Position numbers and translations under genes: made by a program. Below, piece after piece: positions 28,691-37,802 of a DNA stretch of 64,000 nt. Each line of letters opens with the position of its first letter. The stretch's first letter is position 1. The stretch is taken from positions 2,194-66,193 of the forward strand of contig JBBRBM010000005.1 in NCBI GenBank assembly GCA_038205745.1, given 5' to 3'. This stretch comes from Verrucomicrobiota bacterium (GTDB lineage Bacteria; Verrucomicrobiota; Verrucomicrobiia; Limisphaerales; SIBH01). Below the pieces are notes generated by a model, which worked only from the letters and a program-made list of their open reading frames with translations, searched no databases and was not told the origin of the DNA.

Positions 28691-29144
28691 AAGGCTGCTT
28701 TCGGCAAGAGCTTTCAGAAGGGTGCACTCAGGTCCAATTGGTGCTGAGGCCGAATCGGCACCAGAGATCGAACCTCATGCACATCCGGTATCCGGCCCTC
28801 CATGGTACCGGAAAACGAAGACACTTTTGCTTTGCAGGCGCTGAGAAACGAGTGCGCAAATCCACCGATTCGCCTCACGACGGTAAGCGGGGTGAAACGC
28901 GATTAACCGGGGTGGACAACCGTTCAGTAGGGGCAAGATGCAGAATGTTTCAAAAAAAGTCTTGCCAGCTTGTTACGCGTAGCGCACAAATAACAACACC
29001 CAAAGCATGAATCGAACGTCCAGAACTGTCGTCCTTCGGCAATTGGTTGCCACCTCAAGCGCACCTGTGCTTGTTCACCGCGTCTCCATGATCCTCTCGT
29101 TCCGCTCCTGCTTCGATCTGATACGGAAAAACTGAAAAGGAAGT

Positions 29145-32100
29145 ATGCAAACAAAATACCCAAGTCGCACCGGCACATTTGGAAAAAGCCGTCTGCTTAA
29201 AGCATTCTTGTGTCTCGGCGCCGCCCTCGCGCTGAGCGCCAGTGCAAACGCTGCGATCACGCAGGATATTGCGGCCACCCACATCGCATGGGCGGCCACC
29301 AACGGCATCACCATTGTCAACGGTACGCCGACGACATGGGGGCTCGTTGCGGATTCGACTTCCAGCGGTGGTTTGGTCCTTGAGGAGCAGGGTGCGTCCG
29401 ATACCGCCAACACCGCCAGCACCGCCGAATGGACGCTTGTCTTTAAAACCGCCGGCACGTACCAGCTCTATATCAAGTATCGTCTCAGCCCGTGCTGCGG
29501 TGGCAACAGTTACAAATTTCCCGACTCGTTCAGCGCGACCCCGGTCTATCTTGTCTCGAAGGCAAACGAGAATGGCGCAGGCCCGACGAGCTACACCGTG
29601 CTAAAGGAGCAAGTGCAAAATGGCGGTGCTCTCGCCACGTTCACTGTGTCGCAGGCAGACGTGGATAATGTAACGCCGCTGACCTTCAAGATCGGCACGC
29701 GCGAAGCGGCTGGTATGCGCTTCGACCGTATCATGCTCAGCACTGATACAACCCTCGATACGGCGAACGGTGCTGGATTCAACGCGCTTCCGAACAGTGG
29801 CGCTGGATTAAGCTTCACGGTGCAGCCGGCCGACACGGCCTTGGATGTGGGCCAGAATGCAAGCTTCGCCGCTACCGTTGCGGGTGGCACGTCCCCTTAC
29901 ACTTATCTTTGGTACACAAACGGCATTGCAGACGCGGTTTCTGGTTTGAATCCCACCTACAGCCTGAATGGCGTCACTAACGCGGACAACGGTCGCACGT
30001 TCCAGCTTGTTGTGACGGATGCCGGATCGATTTCCATTACGAGCCGTTTGGCGACATTGACCATCAATCCGATCCATTTTGTCAGTGACTTGGCCGACGT
30101 TACGGTGCCGTTCAGCCAGACGGCCACGCTCTCCGCCACGGTTGTCTCCGGTGCAGCGCCTTACACGTATCAGTGGATCACCAACGGCATCGTGGATCCA
30201 TCCGTTACCGCCGCGAACTATTCGTTGACGAACGTTGGAACGGCTGAAAATGGCCGGACATTCCGCGTCATCGTGACTGATTCCACATCGATCAGCATCA
30301 CCAGCCGGGTGGCGACCTTGACGGTGCTTGAGGCGGCGGGTCGCATCGGTGTGAGCTTCACCGGACGCATTGCCGATAATACCCCGGCGCCCCTTGTAAA
30401 TCCGGGTGATGTTGCGGGTCTTCTGCCGCAGGGCAATTGGAATAACATCAACAACAGCAGCACGTTCGGCGGCGCAAGCGGCGCATTCAACGACGGAAAT
30501 GGAGCAGCGACCACTGTGACCCTCACTTACGACGCGAATGACTCTTGGCATAACGACGGTGCTACCGGCACCCCCAATGAGAAGCTGATGAAAGGCATCA
30601 GCAAGGCTGGCGGTGCCAATCGTAAGAATGTTTACACGTTCAACAATGTTCCTGCCGGATTGTATGACCTGATCGTTTACCTCAACGTCAACGGCGATAA
30701 CCGCATTGGTGACATTTCCTGCGCGGGAGTTACTTACTACTACACCTCACAACACCAATTCGGGGGAACCTTCCTTCAGATTCAGAATCAGAATCCAGCC
30801 GGACCGCGGGATCTCGGCAATTACGTGAAGTTCCGTGTTCTGGCGAATGCCGCGAATCAGATTCCGATGACTTTCATTAACCGTGACGCTAACGACGGCA
30901 TTGGCCTCTCGGGTTTTCAATTGGTTCCTTTGGCCCCGCAACTGGCCATTTCATCCCAGCCTTCCGACGTGTCCAAATATGTGGGACAGAGCGCCAACTT
31001 CTCCGCGAGCGCGGTCTTCGGCACGACGCCTTACACGTACCAATGGTACACTAACGGAGTGGCTGACACGGTCAGCGGTTTGAGTTCCAGCTACAGCATC
31101 GGCGGAACCACCGTGGTTGACAGTGGACGCACCTTCCAGCTTGTTGTCACGGATGCCACCTCGCTCAGTGTGACCACCCGCGTGGCGAGACTGATAAAGG
31201 TGCTGCCGAACAGGGACATCAGCCTCAATTTTGTCGGTCGAAATGCCGGCGGATATCGAATCACGCCGCTGCTTACCGCGGGTGTGGTCCCTCGGACCAA
31301 CTGGAACAACAACGTGGCTTCCGGCGAAATGCCGACTTCCGGCGATAGCCCTGCGCTGAACGATGATGCGAACAATGCCACTCCTGTCACCGTGCATTGG
31401 GAATCCACGGATGGGTGGGATAATAATACGGATTTCAACAACCCGGACGGCAATTACAAGATGATGAAGGGCGAATACAAGGTCGCCAACGGACAGGCGG
31501 GCTTGATTGTGTTCAATAACCTTCCGCCGGAATCGGCGTTTGATTTCTATGCTTACACTGCGGTGAACAACGGCGGTGCCCTCCCCGGTAACGTTCAACT
31601 TAGTCTTTGGGTCACCAATCAGGCGAACCCAGGGTCTGGCACCATTTCGATAACCAACTATTCACGCGAGCCTGATAATTACGGCGGTACTTTTGTGCTC
31701 GCAGAAAATTTCAACCCCGCGGCCAGTTTTCCCGGCGGCAATTACGTTAGAATTACCAACGTCTTCTCCGCCGCGAACGGTACTCTGTTCCTTGGCGTCA
31801 AGCACATTGCGGGCGGCGATGGTGCCGGCATCACTGGCATTCAACTGATCCGTCGCGCTGATATGTCAGTTGCTCCCATGGCGCTTGTAAGCGGCAGCGT
31901 CACTCAAGCACCCAATCCTGCCTTTGAGGGTTCTCCGTTTACGTTGGGCGGCTTCAGCGCTTCGGGAATCGGACCTCGAACTTATCAATGGCAGACAAAC
32001 ACGGCTCACGACGGAAGTGGCACTTGGGTCAACGTTGCTGGTGCGAATGGCGCGACCTTCACAGGCATACCGTTCTTTTCGGAAAGCGGCACCCAGTATC

Positions 32101-35100
32101 GTTTGATCGTCGCGAATAGCTTGAATTCCTTGACCAGCGCGCCCGTGGCGATCCAAGTGGTGCAGGATGTTACCAGTCCCACTTTGGTAAGCGCCTTGGG
32201 CGGTGCAAATCGAACGTCCATCTATTTGACATTCTCAGAGCCGATGCGCGTGCAGGACGCGACCAATCTGGCAAATTATGTCGTGACCAACTCCGCTGGC
32301 GGATCACTGAGCGTTACGGGTGGAGTGGTGCTTGTCGACGGTAAGACCGTCGTTTTGGGGACGGCGTTCCAAGCCGGCGGCGCCCAATACGGAATTGTCA
32401 TCACCGGGATTCGTGACCGCGCGTTCAACCTGAACACGATCACACCAAATCCGACAGTGGCAACGTTTACCAGTTACGATCTGGATTATCTCCCCGGCCA
32501 GGTATTGTTCAGGGCATATAACGTAGGGGCTGGTAATGCAATCGCCCAGTTGACCGGCAATCCGCTTTACCCGAATACCCCTGACTACTCACAACTCATC
32601 AATGCCATGAACAGCCGGGGGGCGAACGACCCGGCGAATCCCGGATTCTACACTGGAAATACCCGTGAAGCTTTCGGCGGAACGATTGCCGGTCATTTCA
32701 TCCCTCCGGCATCGGGCAACTGGATTTTCTACGTTAGCTCCGACGACGATGGCCAATTGGTGATGAATACCAACGGGCCGAGCGCTTCTGGTGCCAGCAT
32801 TGTGCGGTTTGCTCCAGGTTGCTGCCGGGCTCTTGCGAACGGTGCAGATCCTACGCCGCCGATCAGTTTGATCGCCGGGCAAGCTTACTACATCGAAGCG
32901 CAGTATAAGGAAGGAACCGGCGGCGACTACGTGGAAATCGGCGCCCGCCTGCAGGGTAGTACCGCTCCGATCGTTCCAATACCGGCTTCACAATTGGCAT
33001 ACCTGACGAAGATGGCGATTACGCAACCTTTGGCTGATATCAATGTGGAAGAAGCCCACGTCGGCGTGTTCAGCGTCGGTGTTTCGGTGGGCGGCGCCGG
33101 TGGCGTCAGGTATCAATGGGCGCGCAGCACCGACACCAGCGGAACCACCTTTACGAACCTGCCCGGCGCGACAGGTTCGACGCTGGCTGTGGGACCCGTT
33201 TTTGGAGTTAACGACAATGGTTTCAAGTTCCGGGTAGTCGTCAGCAATCCAATCACATCCTTCACAAATATCGCCACGCTCAACGTGATCCCGGATCTCG
33301 CGGCACCGCGTTTGGTTTCGGCGAGTGTTGATAACGCGCTGCGGCAGGTGTTGCTCACATTCAATGAAGCGATGAACACCAATGCAGATGCGTTCCTGGC
33401 GGATCCACTGAGCTACACGTTCCTCGATGCTCAGAGCAATCAATTGAACCTCGACTTTAGCGGAGCGATCACGAGTTCATCGAATGTACTCTTTACCCTC
33501 GTGCCGGGACAGTTGTTGGACAATACCGTATATGGCATTGCAAACCTCTGCTGTATCAGTGATGCGAACTCGAATGCTCTCGATTTCAATTACAGCATTG
33601 CGATGTTCCGCACGCCCACTTACAGCCGCGGCTTCGCGAAGTATGACTTCTACATGGGTTTCGGGGGAACGACAATTCCTGCATTGTTGGCCTTGCCGAT
33701 CTATCCGAACTCGCCAAGCCTGACCTACTACACGAACAACCTCGACTTCCCGCAGACGGTGGTCGTCGGATCGCCAAACGGTTTGGATAATTACGGGCTG
33801 CGTATGTCGGGATTCTTTGTGCCTCCAGTCACGGGCAATTACACCTTCTGGTTCAAGAACGACGACGACGCTCGCTTCAGCATCAGTACAGATGAATCGC
33901 CCGCGAATCTCGTCACCGTCAGGGATTCGGCATGTTGCAGTGGCAATTTTTGGAACCCGGCCACTGTCACCAACCTCGTGGCCGGACGGCGCTACTATTT
34001 CGAAGGGTTGGTCAAGGAAGGCGGTGGCGGAGATTATCTCACCATCGGAGTCAATGAACCGGGTAGCAGTACGACGAATGCTATTACCGGGAAATACATT
34101 GAAGCTGCGGTGACCACGAACTTTGCGCCGAATGCCGGAATCTCGCAACAACCCGTAAACGCCACGGTGGAAGAAAATCACGTCGCTGTGTTCACGGTTG
34201 GAGTTACCAACACGGGTAACTATGCGCCATTCGTCCAGTGGCAGACTAACTTCGGAACCGGCTTTGGGGACTTCCCGGGTGCCATCGGCACCACAGTCAC
34301 GACGCCTCCGCTGCCGTTGGCTGCGAATGGCATCCAGATCCGCGCAAAAGTTTATTTGCCAGGCCTGACCCTGATCAGCACTCCTGCGACAATCTTTGTA
34401 ACTGCGGATACAAACAAACCCCTCGCGTTGTCTGCCGCGTCAGCCAACGGCACTCAGATAGGCGTGCGTTTCTCAGAACTCCTTTCATCGGGAACGGCAA
34501 CCGACACCAACAACTACGCGGTGAACGGTGAACGTCCGCTCTCAGCGACCGTGCGGCCGGAAGGCAGCAATGTTGTTCTCATCGTCGCGACACCCGTCGG
34601 CAAGGAATTCACCGTGGTGGTGAGTAATCTCACCGACATCGCTTCGACACCAAACGTCGTGAGCAATACCACGCTGCTCGGCAAATACTGGATTGATACC
34701 GTCGTTGATATTGGCAACCCGACACCGGCTGGTGTTCACTTCTCCGGCAAGGAAGGTCAAATCGAAGTTGCAGCCGGTGGTGCTGATGTCTGGGGTACCA
34801 GCGATCAATTCACCTATGCTTACTCGTCGCGCACGAACGACTTCGACGTCAAGGTGCGTGTGGATGCTGTGCAGTATATCGGTAACAACTGGACCAAAGC
34901 GGGCATTAACGCGCGGTCATCCACCGACACGAACGCCAGCATGGTCTGGTTCTATCCGACGCCTCCGGAAGGTGGGTCGCACACCTATGAGGGCGCGATT
35001 CGGTACACCAACGGGGTTAACATTGGGGCAGACTTCCAGCCCCGGCCCAACGTTGTCCTGCCTTCGTGGCTCCGCCTCGTTCGCAATGGTTCCGTGTTTA

Positions 35101-35453
35101 GTCCGTACATTTCGACGAATGGCATCAACTGGGATTTGTTCGGCACGAATGCGCCTTACGCGGCTCCTGACCTCCCGGCGGTTCTGCTGGTCGGGCTTGG
35201 AACGGTGTCGCATGTGGATGGAACCGCCGCGACCGCGAAGTATGCTGAGTTCGGCGACACGCATCCCACGTTGTCACTACAGGTGATCGGAACGAACCTG
35301 GTGATCCGCTGGGATGGCACAGGCGAACTTCAATACACCGACAACCTGCCGGCTGCATGGATTCCGCTCCCGGCGGCGAAGAGCCCGTATACGGTGCCTA
35401 TGGATCAGGCGCACCGCTACTATCAAGTGCGGCGTCTGTTCCCGAACCAATAA
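29145..35453 (+). CDS. Giant secreted surface protein (2,102 aa): CBM-like N-domain, Ig-like repeats, two unassigned NWNN domains, SbsA-Ig-like plus PA14 pairs, concanavalin-like domain, C-terminal YYQV domain
   Basis: Signal peptide LLKAFLCLGAALALSASANA. Ig I-set-like units (QPADTALDVGQNASFAATVAGGTSPYTYLWYTNG). PA14-like cores GNWIFYVSSDDDGQLVMN...YKEGTGGDYVEIG and GNYTFWFKNDDDARFSIS...VKEGGGGDYLTIG. LamG/DUF1349-like GGADVWGTSDQFTYAY...NWTKAGINARSS...PSWLRLVRNGSVFSPYISTNGINW. The gene is followed by a strong terminator. Confidence 0.9.
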   Translation: MQTKYPSRTGTFGKSRLLKAFLCLGAALALSASANAAITQDIAATHIAWAATNGITIVNGTPTTWGLVADSTSSGGLVLEEQGASDTANTASTAEWTLVFKTAGTYQLYIKYRLSPCCGGNSYKFPDSFSATPVYLVSKANENGAGPTSYTVLKEQVQNGGALATFTVSQADVDNVTPLTFKIGTREAAGMRFDRIMLSTDTTLDTANGAGFNALPNSGAGLSFTVQPADTALDVGQNASFAATVAGGTSPYTYLWYTNGIADAVSGLNPTYSLNGVTNADNGRTFQLVVTDAGSISITSRLATLTINPIHFVSDLADVTVPFSQTATLSATVVSGAAPYTYQWITNGIVDPSVTAANYSLTNVGTAENGRTFRVIVTDSTSISITSRVATLTVLEAAGRIGVSFTGRIADNTPAPLVNPGDVAGLLPQGNWNNINNSSTFGGASGAFNDGNGAATTVTLTYDANDSWHNDGATGTPNEKLMKGISKAGGANRKNVYTFNNVPAGLYDLIVYLNVNGDNRIGDISCAGVTYYYTSQHQFGGTFLQIQNQNPAGPRDLGNYVKFRVLANAANQIPMTFINRDANDGIGLSGFQLVPLAPQLAISSQPSDVSKYVGQSANFSASAVFGTTPYTYQWYTNGVADTVSGLSSSYSIGGTTVVDSGRTFQLVVTDATSLSVTTRVARLIKVLPNRDISLNFVGRNAGGYRITPLLTAGVVPRTNWNNNVASGEMPTSGDSPALNDDANNATPVTVHWESTDGWDNNTDFNNPDGNYKMMKGEYKVANGQAGLIVFNNLPPESAFDFYAYTAVNNGGALPGNVQLSLWVTNQANPGSGTISITNYSREPDNYGGTFVLAENFNPAASFPGGNYVRITNVFSAANGTLFLGVKHIAGGDGAGITGIQLIRRADMSVAPMALVSGSVTQAPNPAFEGSPFTLGGFSASGIGPRTYQWQTNTAHDGSGTWVNVAGANGATFTGIPFFSESGTQYRLIVANSLNSLTSAPVAIQVVQDVTSPTLVSALGGANRTSIYLTFSEPMRVQDATNLANYVVTNSAGGSLSVTGGVVLVDGKTVVLGTAFQAGGAQYGIVITGIRDRAFNLNTITPNPTVATFTSYDLDYLPGQVLFRAYNVGAGNAIAQLTGNPLYPNTPDYSQLINAMNSRGANDPANPGFYTGNTREAFGGTIAGHFIPPASGNWIFYVSSDDDGQLVMNTNGPSASGASIVRFAPGCCRALANGADPTPPISLIAGQAYYIEAQYKEGTGGDYVEIGARLQGSTAPIVPIPASQLAYLTKMAITQPLADINVEEAHVGVFSVGVSVGGAGGVRYQWARSTDTSGTTFTNLPGATGSTLAVGPVFGVNDNGFKFRVVVSNPITSFTNIATLNVIPDLAAPRLVSASVDNALRQVLLTFNEAMNTNADAFLADPLSYTFLDAQSNQLNLDFSGAITSSSNVLFTLVPGQLLDNTVYGIANLCCISDANSNALDFNYSIAMFRTPTYSRGFAKYDFYMGFGGTTIPALLALPIYPNSPSLTYYTNNLDFPQTVVVGSPNGLDNYGLRMSGFFVPPVTGNYTFWFKNDDDARFSISTDESPANLVTVRDSACCSGNFWNPATVTNLVAGRRYYFEGLVKEGGGGDYLTIGVNEPGSSTTNAITGKYIEAAVTTNFAPNAGISQQPVNATVEENHVAVFTVGVTNTGNYAPFVQWQTNFGTGFGDFPGAIGTTVTTPPLPLAANGIQIRAKVYLPGLTLISTPATIFVTADTNKPLALSAASANGTQIGVRFSELLSSGTATDTNNYAVNGERPLSATVRPEGSNVVLIVATPVGKEFTVVVSNLTDIASTPNVVSNTTLLGKYWIDTVVDIGNPTPAGVHFSGKEGQIEVAAGGADVWGTSDQFTYAYSSRTNDFDVKVRVDAVQYIGNNWTKAGINARSSTDTNASMVWFYPTPPEGGSHTYEGAIRYTNGVNIGADFQPRPNVVLPSWLRLVRNGSVFSPYISTNGINWDLFGTNAPYAAPDLPAVLLVGLGTVSHVDGTAATAKYAEFGDTHPTLSLQVIGTNLVIRWDGTGELQYTDNLPAAWIPLPAAKSPYTVPMDQAHRYYQVRRLFPNQ

Positions 35454-35470
35454 ACAGAAACGATTCACAA

Positions 35471-35500
35471 AGACCGGAGCTTCGGCTCCGGTCTTTTTTT
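35471..35500 (+). terminator. Rho-independent terminator of the 2,102-aa gene
   Basis: AGACCGGAGC-TTCG-GCTCCGGTCT is a perfect 10-bp stem with a tetraloop, followed by TTTTTTT, 18 nt after the stop. Confidence 0.9.
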
Positions 35501-35589
35501 GGGGGGATATGAGAGTTTGCGCCGTATCGTGCCTCATTCCCGGCGGCTCACGTGAACCTGTGTTCAACCATTGCTTTTGCTCTCCGCAG

Positions 35590-36227
35590 CGATGGTTCTT
35601 CAATGCGGCGCGGCAACGGTGCGAAAACTCGGCAACGCTGGAGCACGTAGGCATCGTGAGTGGCGCGGTGTTTACTGACTTCAACGGCGACGGTGCGCCC
35701 GAACTGGTTCTCGCGTGCGAATGGGGGCCGATCCGCATTTTTCAAAATCGCAACGGTCATTTCAGTGAAGTCACCGAAGCGCTGGGGATGAAGAAGTTTC
35801 TCGCGTGCTGGACGGCAGTTACAATTGGTGATTGCGATGGGGATGGCCGTATGGATTTCGATGGCGATGGGTACGAGGACATTTTTCTCGCGAGGAACTT
35901 TTTCGGCACAACTGTCGACACATCGCGCCACGATGAGGTCGTGGTTTGTTGCTGCGCGGTTCAGGCGGAAACATCAACGGCATCAGCGCGGTGCTGCGCC
36001 CTGTATTCGCGGATGGATCTCTGGGAGCTGCGCGGGAGATTCACGCCGGCAGCGGATGGCTTTCACAGGACAGCGCCGTGCAAGTGCTCGCGGGCGCACG
36101 TGAAATCAAAGCGGTGGCTGTGCGTTGGTCGAACGGCAAGGTGACAAGAACCCAAGTGGCGCCAGGCATCACAGAGATCGTGATTGATGCCACCACGTTC
36201 AGCGAATTCCCAATCCCTTCCAGATAA
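35590..36227 (+). pseudogene. Truncated, frameshifted remnant of a CRTAC1-family (FG-GAP/VCBS plus ASPIC/UnbV) protein
   Basis: Frame A reads ...VFTDFNGDGAPELVLACEWGPIRIFQNRNGHFSEVTEALG...IGDCDGDGRMDFDGDGYEDIFLARNFF. Frame B (35946..36227) reads LLLRGSGGN|INGISAVLRP...REIHAGSGWLSQDSAVQVL...VRWSNGKVT. There is no N-terminal half and no plausible start. A frameshift sits near 35930 and an internal deletion is apparent. Confidence 0.65.
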
Positions 36228-37263
36228 ACACGCCGTACGCTGCAACCAGCAGCCAGCCGATCACGCGCGGCAAACTTCCAAACACGCTCACGAAGATGAA
36301 ATGCAGCGCTGCCGCGCCGACGAGGAGCCACACGCCGAGTTGAAAAAAGTCCGGCACGGGAATGGGCCGGAACAGCGCGAAGACGCCGATGCACAGCGGA
36401 ATGCAGATGTGCCCGTCGCCGACTTGCGAGCTGTAGACGACCTCGGGCTGTTTCTGCCACGCGTAGTAGAATGCGAGCAGCGCATTCGGCAGCACCATGA
36501 GCCAGCCGCTCAGCCACCCCAGATGTTTCGCGCTGATGAAGCCGGTGTGCAGCGATTGCACCCACGTCACCAGCCAGTCCGTGCTGACGTAGACGGCATA
36601 CGCACCGGCGATGAGCAGCGCGACGTCGATGAAGAACATGAAACCGAAATGATTCTTCTGTGCATTCGTCTTCAACACTTCGAACACATGGATCACCTGC
36701 CAGAACACGAACACGCCCACGAGCACAAGACCGTCCGCGAAATCGATGCGCCCGTCGCGCCCGAGCGCCCACGTCACCCCGGTGAAAAACGCCGCGGCCG
36801 TGAGCGTGAGCAGCAGGGAGAGGCGGTTCACGCGTTGGGGATCAGCAGTGGTTTTTCCTTTCTTGGCCGGCGCCGCTTTTTTCTTAACCGCGAGCGACAT
36901 GCCCCAGATCGCAGCCGGCAAGCCGATGAGCAGCGTCATGTTTGTCACGTTGTTCACGAGGCAATTCGTCATTACCTCGCGCGAGTTGCCGCCGGATTTC
37001 CCGAGCACGTAGGCGAAGACCAGATTTCCAAGCCCAGAGCAATACGGCATCACCAGCGTTCCGAGTACGGTGCCTTCCATGCCGCTGGCGTTCATCGACT
37101 CGAGCCGCCAGATCATGAGCATCGAGCCAGCCAGAAAGATCATCAGCGCCACCCACGGCGCCCAGTGGCCCGTGCTTTGAATCCAATTGATAACTGCGTT
37201 GTTCAACGAGCGGGAGTTAACCAGTGGAGATGCGCGTCGGCCAAGCGAACAACGTCGCGGCAT
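36199..37263 (-). CDS. Ca2+/cation antiporter (CaCA, YrbG-like sodium/calcium exchanger) membrane protein
   Basis: Two alpha-repeat-like regions are present: GLGNLVFAYVLG...NCLVNNVTNMTLLIGLPA and VLPNALLAFYYA...SSQVGDGHICIPLCIG. The protein has about 10 hydrophobic helices. The start is uncertain; the ATG at 37263 was chosen to avoid the divergent lipoprotein gene. Confidence 0.7.
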   Translation of the reverse strand: MPRRCSLGRRASPLVNSRSLNNAVINWIQSTGHWAPWVALMIFLAGSMLMIWRLESMNASGMEGTVLGTLVMPYCSGLGNLVFAYVLGKSGGNSREVMTNCLVNNVTNMTLLIGLPAAIWGMSLAVKKKAAPAKKGKTTADPQRVNRLSLLLTLTAAAFFTGVTWALGRDGRIDFADGLVLVGVFVFWQVIHVFEVLKTNAQKNHFGFMFFIDVALLIAGAYAVYVSTDWLVTWVQSLHTGFISAKHLGWLSGWLMVLPNALLAFYYAWQKQPEVVYSSQVGDGHICIPLCIGVFALFRPIPVPDFFQLGVWLLVGAAALHFIFVSVFGSLPRVIGWLLVAAYGVFIWKGLGIR

Positions 37264-37315
37264 GGGCAGGAACCTGTGGACGCGCCCGCATGCAACTCGT
37301 ACGGTGACTTCGCCA

Positions 37316-37765
37316 ATGAAGACTTTCTCTCGTCCGCTGGGCGCCGGCTCGTGCGCGAAATGGCTCGTCGCTCTTTGCTGCGTATGGCTTGGGGGTTGTG
37401 CGACTCCCGAAGATTCGCGAGAGACACAGCGCATGTCCGATTACCGCGTGGGGCAGATGTATCAGCTCAAGGTCCCGGCCTTCATCATGGTGAACAACGG
37501 ACTTCTCATGACGGTGGAGGAAGGGCGCGCGCGTGGAGCCACGGAAGCCGAAGTATTTCTTGATCCTGGCACCTTTTTCACGGTTCGACAGATCAAGGTG
37601 ATCAAAGACCAAGACGAGCCGCGCACGGAAATTTACGCTGAGATCAGCTCCGGTCCGAAACGCGGGCGGCTCGTGAATCTGCGCACCGTCTCGGTGGGCG
37701 ACCGCGGGCCGGCTGGCTCCAGCCGCCTGAATGCCGCGGTGCTGGAGCCATTCATGGGACGCTGA
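37316..37765 (+). CDS. Putative lipoprotein
   Basis: Trimmed to MKTFSRPLGAGSCAKWLVALCCVWLGGCATPE, which has an L-G-G-C lipobox. No family recognised. Confidence 0.6.
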   Translation: MKTFSRPLGAGSCAKWLVALCCVWLGGCATPEDSRETQRMSDYRVGQMYQLKVPAFIMVNNGLLMTVEEGRARGATEAEVFLDPGTFFTVRQIKVIKDQDEPRTEIYAEISSGPKRGRLVNLRTVSVGDRGPAGSSRLNAAVLEPFMGR

Positions 37766-37802
37766 ACGGGCAGCGTGCTGTTCATCAGCTCCGAGCGGTT
37801 TC

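Noticed and set aside
27982-28707. 241-aa minus-strand ORF in the gap upstream of the giant gene
   Set aside because: It has no start context or recognisable domain. Its frame crosses the decayed phosphoesterase fragment in the wrong frame, so it is best explained as noise within pseudogene and insert DNA.
35314-35589. N-terminal extension of ORF 35314..36144, which overlaps the 3' end of the 2,102-aa gene and its terminator
   Set aside because: This part runs through the other gene's coding end and a rho-independent terminator, and has no protein-like features. Only the downstream FG-GAP/UnbV-like part is meaningful, and that part is a pseudogene.
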